Origin: Amphiscolops sp. MND2022
Lineage: Eukaryota
Assembly (NCBI GenBank): GCA_964187785.1
Contig: OZ076409.1
Location: 72,914,001 to 72,978,000 of the forward strand
Direction of reading: 5' to 3'
DNA: 64,000 nt
The notes beneath the pieces were generated by a model that was not told the DNA's origin, did no database searches, and saw only the letters and a list, made by a program, of their open reading frames with translations. The position numbers and the translations under genes are program-made. This document shows positions 1 to 8,806 of the stretch, one piece after another. Every line of letters begins with the position of its first letter. Position 1 is the stretch's first letter.

Positions 1-270
1 CGCAAAAAGCACCGAACTACGGCCCTTACCTTCCCGAGCTACGCAGTATAAGGATTACATATTGGTTCCGACATTTTCATAGAGTTAAATCTTGGTAATC
101 TGTCTGGATATGCAGAAAAACCAGCACGTGCTTTTTTATACCAAGTTGCTTACAACGACAATTATTTTATATCAACGCCCCCATATTTATCAACGCCCCC
201 CGTCCGTGGGCATGCCGAGGCATGCCCTTCGACGACGTATACCAAGATATGTTCGAGCGCGTTAGCCTAG
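1..270 (+). repeat. U0, partial S-c unit (3' end only)
   Basis: Tail matches U9/U33/U37; 20-mer at 208-227, CTAG 267-270. Confidence 0.9.
208..227. promoter_or_regulatory. 20-mer GGGCATGCCGAGGCATGCCC: palindrome and candidate p53/p63/p73-family response element (representative of 40 copies)
   Basis: Decamers GGGCATGCCG + AGGCATGCCC, zero spacer, 19/20 match to (RRRCWWGYYY)x2; starts 55-75 nt upstream of every junction except those ending U2 and U34. Function inferred. Confidence 0.5.
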
Positions 271-748
271 GTGCCGGGATTTCTATTCGTTCAAGTAAGT
301 TGCGCGTGTGGGTAGGGCCCCTGGCGCGCTCTTGTGTTTGGGGGTTTCCTACTTCTAAATCACGTTCAGATTTCCGGGATCTCGTAAACTATCCATACGA
401 TTTGGCTGAAATTTGGCACACAGCCCCGTTGGAACATTCTAAGAACAAATCCCTACTGACGTTTTGCCCGCTAAACATTTTTTGTTGGTCAAAAATGCGA
501 TTTTCCGACAAAATTTTTGACTTTTTTTCATTTTACAGTCTATTTCTCGCCACAGGGTCTTGCTAGCTACCCTAAACCCTGCTAATTATAATTTGCAAAC
601 TGTCTCAGGAATGCGGTGTGAAAATTTCAGGTCAATCGGACTTAAACTCAGCGAGTTAGAGCAATTTTTTAGGTGCTTTTTTTGACATTTTTTGCATTTG
701 CCGATTTATCTCTGCCGTTTTTTGCCCAGATTTTTTTGAGACACTCTC

Positions 749-854
749 CTAAAGGCCTCCCCTGGCCGGTTTACCTCCCAGAGAAACCATTTGGCCCTAA
801 ATACGGAGTTTCAGCGTTCTAGCATTCGCGGGCGAAAAGTTGTGGGACTTAGAA
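749..854 (+). repeat. ~105-bp conserved core of all S-class units (representative)
   Basis: CTAAAGGCCTCCCCTGGCCG...AAACCATTTGGCCCTAAATACGGAGTTTCAGCGTTC...GGGCGAAAAGTTGTGGGACTTAGAA, nearly invariant across otherwise divergent S families. Confidence 0.85.
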
Positions 855-1227
855 TAAATTTTTGGAAACGCAAAATGTGTAAAGTCAACTTCAGGCCTCC
901 CAAAGTCAAAGAACTTCCACACAACTAGGATTGCAAGTGGATGCATGTGGAAAGTACTGGGATAGACGAGAAAAATGAGCTATAGAACAACTCTGTAGCT
1001 CAACCTGACGTTGACTAATGATGTTTTGAATGTGTGCTTGCTAAGGGGTCCCAAATTGAAAATTTTTAAAGAAAGTTAATATCGTCAAAAATTCATCGGA
1101 AAGCCTGCAATATACAGTAGAGCGTGTTCAATTGTAGCTGAATAATGCATCAACACCGTTCAAGGTCTTTTAAGTCAGTTTCAAAATTTTTGACACTGTA
1201 ATCTTCATCCGAGAGCACAAAACAGTT

Positions 1228-1270
1228 GAGTACATTCCATCTCCCTTTCGGGGGAGATGAGAATGTACTC
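1228..1270 (+). other. Hairpin A, bulged inverted repeat of S-class units (representative)
   Basis: GAGTACATTC-CATCTCCC / GGGAGATG-A-GAATGTACTC, one unpaired A; about 255-270 nt upstream of the unit end. Confidence 0.85.
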
Positions 1271-1534
1271 GCTAAAGAACATGTACTACAGCCAATTTTT
1301 GTTTTTATGCGAGGTCATTCTATGCTATTGCACACGAACACTTTAGTTTTGACAAACATATGTCTTTACATGCTGAATCTTACCTTACCTTTACTTTACG
1401 TTTTTGTACATACTACTACAACAACTCACCCCTAACGTCAACGTCCCATACTTTAAATCAACGCCCACCGTCCGTGGGCATGCCGAGGCATGCCCTTCGA
1501 CGACGTATGCCCTCTCAAACGCGGTAGCCGCTAG

Positions 1535-2808
1535 GTGCCGATCCCCTTTGGGATGCCTTAGTTTCGAGGGCGGTGTAGGGCCCCCTGCCCGAGTCTAGTA
1601 TAAACAACGTAAGGCGATTTTAACAGTGAGGTATCGATTTTCTAAACGAGCCATACGATTTGGCTGAAATTTTGCATACGGCTTCCTATAACAATCCTAA
1701 GAACTAATCCCTACTGGCGTTTTGCCCGGAAAAATCAAAAAGTGGGTCAAAATCTTAGTTTTTTGGTCAAAAAATGGCGTTTTTTTGGAAAAAAATTTTT
1801 TAAGAGCCAATATCTCGCTCCACAGGCCCCGGATCAAAAAGTGTACAATTGTTCGCGTGCTAGGCACTTCATGAACTGTCCGTAGACAAATTTTCGTCCA
1901 GATCGGATAAAAATTGACTGAGTAATAGAAAACTTTGAAAGTGATTTTGACGACATTTTTCGAAAACCTAGTCTATCTCTGCCGTTTTTTGCCCAGATTT
2001 TTTTCCAGGACCTCTCGTAAAGGCCTCCCCTGGCCGGTTTACCTCCCAGAAAAACCATTTGGCCCTTTTGCCGCAGTTTCAGCGTTCCAGGATTCCCCGG
2101 GTAAAAGATAAATGACTTAGAATTTTTTCAAAAATTTTTCAAAATTTTTTTTTTCAACTTCAGGCCTCCCAAAGTCAAGAAACTTCCATACAACTAGTAT
2201 TGCAAGTGAATGCATGTGGAAAGTGCTCGAATAGACGAGAAAAATGAGCTATTATAAACCTCTGTAGCTCAACCTGACGTTGACTTATGACAATTTTAGT
2301 GTGAGCTTGCTATATGGTAAAAAAATTCAAAAATTGAAAATCGAAGTTAAGTCTCATCCAAAACTCATCGGAATACGTTCAATCCATCCCAAAGCGGTTT
2401 ATTTCCAGCTATAGAGTGCAGCAACACCGTTCAAGGTCATTTGACCTATTTCAATAGGTTTTGACTCTGTCTTATCCATCCGATAGTTCGAAACAGTTGA
2501 GTACATTCCATCTCCCCTCCGTGGGAGATGGTAATGTACTCGCAAAAAGTCAAGGTCCTACCACCCTATTCTACCCGGAGTGGTGCTAGCAATGCAGTAG
2601 CGTGAGCCCCAGGTTGTTTGCAGTAGCCTTTACGTATGTTGTGACTATGTATTACAATTCTAACTCTGTTACTAAACAATAAAAATTGTTTCAATCTCAA
2701 ATTTTTTTTTCAACTTTAGTATGTCACCAATAAACATATATCCATCTTTCCTACTACAACCACCCTACCACCCGGCCCCTTGTCCACTGTTCAACCGTTC
2801 ACGTCTAG
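1535..2808 (+). repeat. U2, short unit, family S-b, lacks the 20-mer (1274 bp)
   Basis: Hairpin A 2499-2541; ends TTCACGTCTAG; near-identical to U34. Confidence 0.9.
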
Positions 2809-4083
2809 GTGCCGGTGTATTTTTACACAATGGGGGATGTTGCGCGTGTGGGGAGGGTCCCTGACGCGCTTCCGTGGTTTCGGGTCTTCTAACCTATGAT
2901 AGCGTGACACCTGACTTCGATCTCGTAAACTAGCCGTACGATTTGGCTGAAATTTGGCACACGTACCCCCCTCGACACGGTGAAGATGATTTCCTACTGA
3001 CGTTTTTCCCGCTAAACATTTTTTGTTGACCAAAATAACGGTTTTTGGGGTAAAATTTTGAATTTTTTTTAAATTTCATCTTATATCTCGCCACGGGTTT
3101 ACGCTAGCGCTTCCAAACCTTGCTGACGAAACCTTGCAAACTGTCTCAGGAATGCGGTGTGAAATTTTCAGCTCAATCGGACTCAAACTCGAGGAGATAT
3201 AGCGTTTTTCCGGAGCGGGGGGGTTTCATTTTTCTAACGGTCCAGCTTAACTTTGCCATTTTTTCGAAAATGTACTCGCCTAAAGGCCTCCCCTGGCCGG
3301 TTTGATTCCCAGCAAAACCATTTGGCCCTAAATACGGAGTTTCAGCGTTCCAGCATTCCCGGGCGAAAAGTTGTGGGACTTAGAAAAGTTCAAAAATTTT
3401 CAAAAAAATTTTTTTCCGTTATTTGGGCCCCCAAAGTGGGGGAAAAGACCCCCCAACCAGAAAAGCAAGTGAATGCATGTGGAAAGCCCTTGTTTAGACG
3501 AGAAAAATGCCGTTTAGAACGTCTTTTTATCTTAACTTGACATTGACTTTTGTCGTTTTGAAGGTGACCGTTAGATACGGAAAATTGATGTTTTGAGTAT
3601 TTATACCATCTGAAAGCCATTGAGATACAACATGTTTTGCTCAAAACGTGTTTCATTGCAGTTTCGCTGTCCATTATCACCCTTTGGTGTCTTTTCACGT
3701 AATTTTCGTTTCTATAATAACAATTTTTTTGTGTATTTATTCATTTTTTTCTCATCAAATAACTTGAAACAGTTGAGTACATTCCATCTCCCTTCCCGGG
3801 GGAGATGAGAATGTACTCGCTAAAGGTCAGGAACTACGGTCTATATCTTCCACAACACAAAAGGGATTGCAAATGGTTTCAGTTTGTTGCAGAAAACTTC
3901 TTTTTGCCCTCTGTGACTCGACAAAATGAACGTTTCTTACTTACTTTGAAACTCAGCATACCACAACTCATCTCTAACGTCAGCGCCCCCCTACTTGCAT
4001 CAACGCCCACCGTCCGTGGGCATGCCGAGGCATGCCCTTCGACGACGTATACCAAGATATACCTGGAGCGCGGTAGCCGCTAG
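2809..4083 (+). repeat. U3, short unit, family S-c, tail type c1 (1275 bp)
   Basis: Hairpin A 3775-3818, 20-mer 4018-4037. Confidence 0.9.
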
Positions 4084-5349
4084 GTGGCCGTGTCTTTTCG
4101 ACGTGCTTTTGCATCGAGGAGTGGGTAGGGCCCCGCGACGACCTAGAAGAATTGGATGCTCACCGAAACGTGCAGAATTCTACGAGATCTCATAGTTTGA
4201 GCCATACGATTTTGCTGAAATTTGGCATGTGGCCTGGAATTGGTGAGTAGGTAAAACGTGTAGGAGGTGATTTTTCCCAAATTCCACTGTGAGACGAGAT
4301 ATGGGCAAATAACGGTCCCAAAAATGGCAAAAATGCACTTTTTTCAACTTTGTCAGCCCATATCTCGTTCCCAGGTGCCCGGAGCGGGACGCGTTAAGCT
4401 GATTATAAACTCTAGGGTGTTGAGGCTGTACGGTGAACTTGGGCCCGTTCCGATCCGACTTGTAGTCTTGGAGAAATAACGGTATTTTTGGGGAACCTTT
4501 TCTAACGGTCCAGCTTATCTTTGCCATTTTTTCGAAAATGTACTCGCCTAAAGGCCTCCCCCTGGCCGAATTTACTCCCAGCAAAACCATTTGGCCCTAA
4601 ATACGGAGTTTCAGCGTTCCAGCATTCCCGGGCGAAAAGTTGTGGGACTTGGAAAATTTTCAAAAATTTTCAAAAAATTTTTTTTTCGTTTTCCGGGCCC
4701 CCAATGAAGGGGAAACGACCCCCCAACCAGTATTTTGAGTGAATTCATGTGGAAAGCCCTTGTTTTGACGAGAAAAATACCGTTTAGAACATCTTATCTT
4801 GACTCAACGTTGACTTATGACGTTTTGAATGTGATGTAAGGATGTAGGAGGCATGTGATAAGTTGATGTTTTGAGTCTTTATCTCATATGAAAGCGGTTG
4901 AGATGCAAGCTGTCCTGCTCAAAACGTCTTTCGTTGTAATTTTCCAGTGCACCAATACCCTTTGGTGTCATATAAACATACTTTTTGTCGATATATTAAC
5001 AATTTTAATGTATTTATTCCAATTTTTATTATCTTATAACTCAAAACAGTTGAGTACATTTCATCTCCCTTTCGGGGGAGATGAGAATGTACTCGCTAAA
5101 GACCTAGCGCCATGACCAAAAGTTTGAAACCCACGTTTTTTATCTTCTTACAGACTTGTTTTTGTATTTTTTCGGAATTTTTTAAAAATTAATATACTTG
5201 AAATACATTACTTGACTTTACTACTACAACCCACCTCCAACGACAACGCCCCCCTGCTTGCATCAACGCCCACCGTCCGTGGGCATGCCGAGGCATGCCC
5301 TTCGACGACGTATGCCAAATGCCCAGTGCCACGCAGTCATTATCGCTAG
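4084..5349 (+). repeat. U4, short unit, family S-d (1266 bp)
   Basis: Hairpin A 5052-5094, 20-mer 5281-5300; near-identical to U24 and U30. Confidence 0.9.
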
Positions 5350-7535
5350 GTGGAGGTTATTTTATAATAATTAAAGTGTTTTTTTCCGGAGTTTGTGGCT
5401 TTGGAAAAAACAAAAGGCGAGAAATTGGGCACTCCGGGCTGAACCGTATACACTCAATATTCGCCCAATATTTATACGATCTCGAAACCCAGCCGTACGA
5501 TTTGGCTGAAAATTTGCATGCGGCTAAAAAATCAGATTCTAAGAACTATTTCCTGCTGACATTTTTTTGAAATTTTTGTGTACGTTTCCCCCCCCCGCCC
5601 CCTAAAGGGGTCAATTTTCCCCAATTTTGCACTTATGAGTCAAATTCTCAAAACTGGTGGATCTGAGCGTATTCCCGGCGGGGACAACTTTTAACGAGCG
5701 CTCCTCAGTAGACCTTTTTGACTTTTTACTTTGGTGGTACGTTCACCCCCCGAGGAGGAAATGGCGTTTTTGTGACTTCCGGTCGAGGCTTTTTTCACCC
5801 AAAAAAAAAAATTAAGCCAATTTTGAGCAGGAAGGAGTGGATTTAAAGTGCCTGTACCCTGCTAAAAATTTGTTGGGCTTGTAGCGATATATCTCATACC
5901 AAGTCTGGTTTTCACCCCCAAACCCCCCTTGGGACCAAAATTCACCCAAACTTTTTTACCTCTGTTTGTAGTTTTTTTGCAAAATGTCGTCATTTCCATG
6001 GGTAAGGAGTTGAATTAGGGGCTCCTAATAGGGTACCAATGTTCAAGTACACTTGCAGTGCAACTGAGTGACCCTTTTGGGGCCTCTCCTGTGTTCGGCA
6101 AGGACCGGAAGTGGTGTAAACCCCCCTTTTTTGACGTTTGTTGACCTTGAGACTCGCGCTTAGATGACGTTTATGTCGCGCAAATCCTACAAACCAGTAT
6201 TAGGATGACATGCTAGCCAACTAGAGAGCACTAAGGGAAACTATACTATACCGGAAGTAACCCCCCGTGACCGGAAGTTGTCATTTTTGACCGGAAATGG
6301 TCCAAAACATAGCGTAAAAGCAGTTTTCATTGCTTTTAAAGTCAACTTATTACTTTTTTCAGTCTGCGCGAGCTTGTCTTCAGATTCGTTTTTGTTGTCC
6401 GTGCACACTACAACAAATTTACATCTGTAGAATTTTTGCTATAATATCGTCGGAGAGAGAAATAACGGGTTTCCGGAATTTTTTTCAAACATGTTTGTCT
6501 ATATCTATCATTTTTACCCAACGTTATTCAACAGTAGAACCACAGGGGTTAGTATCTGCCAAAATATATGCCTAACAAAACCACTCGTCCCATTGGTTGC
6601 AGTTTGAGCGTTCTAGCTTTGCCTGGTCACAAGTTGAGGGACTTCAAAAAGTTTCAAATTTTTTTGGAAATTTTTTTTAAACGTCACGTCTCCCAAAGTT
6701 AAGAATTTTCCACACAACTAGGATTGCAAGAGAATGCACATGGTAAGACCTATAAATGGAGAGAAAAATTCCGTTCAGAACGTCTCTTTATCGTTACGTG
6801 ACGTTAAAAGATGTTGCTTTGAATGTGAATTTGATAATGCGTCGAGAAGTAAAAGAGTGTGAATGGATCCTATGTCTCGACAAATACTCATCGCAATACA
6901 TACGATGAACCCTAATTACCCTCACTTTCAGTTGGCTAGTACATCAGCGTCTTCCAAGGACCGTTTACCTATTTGAAAATTGTCAAAATCATTATTAATA
7001 TCAGTTAGCAAGAAATGTTTGAGTACATTGTCATCTCTCCCCATCGGGTGAGATGAGAATGTTCTTGCTAAAAGTCAAGTACTACGGCCCATTTTTGTTT
7101 TATTGCGACGTTTTCTGTGCCTTAGCACAAGGATACTTTTATGTCATCTCACTTTTGTTATACAATCTGACTTGTTGTTATAAATTTCTCGTCATTACTT
7201 TACCTAAACTTACTACCATGCATCTTTAACGTCAAAGCCAAATTCATTTAGACGCCCACCATTCCGTAGGTATGCCGAGGTATGCCTTTCGAAGACGTAT
7301 GGCAAAACACAAACGGGCAAATGAAAAGGGCTGAAATTCAGAAACAGTCACAAACAATTTTGACTATTTGACCGATGGTAGGTTTTTATATGGAACTTAC
7401 ACATCACTGACATTTCAAAACATTCCAGCTGACGCCCACCCACAAACATCAACGCCCACGGTCCGTGGGCATGCCGAGGCATGCCCTTCGACGACGTATG
7501 GCAAATACCTTTTACGACGTCCCAACTTTCCCTAG
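5350..7535 (+). repeat. U5, composite unit H1 with two successive 3' ends (2186 bp)
   Basis: Degenerate hairpin A 7021-7066, decayed 20-mer 7268-7287, intact 20-mer 7467-7486; paralog of U18. Confidence 0.88.
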
Positions 7536-8806
7536 GTGGCCGCGTCTTTTAGATGGACTTTTAGCCCTGAGGCGCGGGTAGGGTCCTGCGCCGAGCTGGT
7601 GAAAATATACTACGTCCAAATCGCCCGTTCCGGAAACGATCTCAAAACTGGCCCGTACGATTTTCCTGAAAATTTGCATGTGGCCCCCAATTGGCGAGCA
7701 ATGAAAAAGTGTAGGAGGTCGTTTTTCCCAAATTCCACTGTGAGAGGAGATATATGAAAAAAACGGACCCCAAAATGACGAAATTTTCACTTTTTGACCA
7801 AAAATGTGACATTATCTCCTCAGACAAGGCTCGGAGCAAAATTTGTCAGAACCCAAACCTGCAGCAGACTGTTAGAGGACTACGCACAGTAAGTTTGAAG
7901 GAAATCGGATAATCACATGTTGAGAAATTGACGATTTTCCGACAAAATTTTTTGCATTTGCAGTCTATCTCTGCCGTTTTTTGCCCAAAATTTTTTCGAG
8001 ACCCTCTCCTAAAGACCTCCCCTGGCCGGTTTACCTCCCAAAAAAACCATTTGGCCCTAAATACGAAGTTTCAGCGTTTTAGCATTCCCCAGTGAAAAGT
8101 TATGGGACTTAGAACTTTTTCAAAAATTTTCAAAATTTTTCTAAAAAAGTTCAGGCCGCCCAAAGTGAAGAAACTTCCACACAACTAGTATTGCAAGTGA
8201 ATGCATGTGGAAAGCCCTGCACTTGACGAGAAAAATGCCGTTTAGAACGTCTTTTTATCTTGACTTGATGTTGACTTATGATCTTTTGAGTAGCGTATAA
8301 CACGTGATCACAGTAGTGAAAATCCTAATTTTCAATAATTTTCAAACAATAACGCATGAAAAGAACCTGGAAAAGGTTCCGATGGGTCAGTTGGGATGTC
8401 GGAAGCATGTGTACATTCCCGTAGTGTATAGCGGATGTATTTGGGACTTATTAGAAATTGTGATATATTTTATACAAGTCTTTGTTTCTCTTAGAATCTT
8501 ATTCAGTTGAGTACATTCCATCTCCCTCTCAGGGGAGATGTGAATGTACGTTTGCCAAATGCCTTGTAAAGCTCACAATTTTGATGGATTCAAATGACTA
8601 AACAAGTGTGATTTGCGTTTGCCGAACCACTGCGACAAAATATCCTAAATCTATAGCGAGATTGAATGGTTTTTGTCTTTAGTGTTTCTTCTTGTATAGC
8701 CGACTTCCACATCCAAATATCAACGCCCACCGTCCGTGGGCATGCCGAGGCATGCCCTTCGACGACGTATGCCAAATACCATATGCCACGCTGTCATTAT
8801 CGCTAG
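7536..8806 (+). repeat. U6, short unit, family S-e, single copy here (1271 bp)
   Basis: Head hairpin 7571-7592, hairpin A ~8509-8550, 20-mer 8738-8757. Confidence 0.88.

Larger units (their letters stand above)
271..1534 (+). repeat. U1, short unit, family S-a (1264 bp)
   Basis: Conserved core ~749-854, hairpin A 1228-1270, 20-mer 1476-1495; 3' body shared with U35 and U39. Confidence 0.9.

Noticed and set aside
191..240. CRISPR array, with the ~50-bp conserved palindromic block as the repeat
   Set aside because: Intervening sequences are 1.2-2.1 kb and homologous to each other; no cas genes.
267..273. Artificial concatemer ligated at CTAG cohesive ends
   Set aside because: All units have one orientation, internal CTAG sites (e.g. 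GCTAGC) are intact, and GTG always follows.
267..280. Canonical Helitron1 call
   Set aside because: Head-to-tail Helitron1 junctions should read CTRR-TC. Neither strand shows TC after CTAG, so only Helitron-like is claimed.
241..420. Spliced-leader or snRNA gene array (AG|GT at the junction, AAATTTGG as Sm-like site, 20-mer at a PSE-like distance)
   Set aside because: The would-be exon is hypervariable and matches no SL I recognise, the donor GTGCC/GTGCG is weak, and the Sm-like motif is absent in L units. Finding tail sequences at mRNA 5' ends would revive it.
1228..1270. Bacterial integron attC sites or rho-independent terminators
   Set aside because: No GTTRRRY/RYYYAAC boxes at unit boundaries, no cassette ORFs and no U-tract after the stem; the integron comparison is an analogy only.
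271..1534. Concatenated geminivirus/nanovirus satellites or kinetoplast minicircles (similar size)
   Set aside because: No TAATATTAC/TAGTATTAC nonamer in the conserved hairpin loops, no Rep or betaC1 ORF, and no GGGGTTGGTGTA CSB-3 seen.
3120..3150. Hammerhead ribozyme/retrozyme core (CTGACGA..GAAA)
   Set aside because: No stem II between the motifs, and other copies read GCTAAAGAAA.
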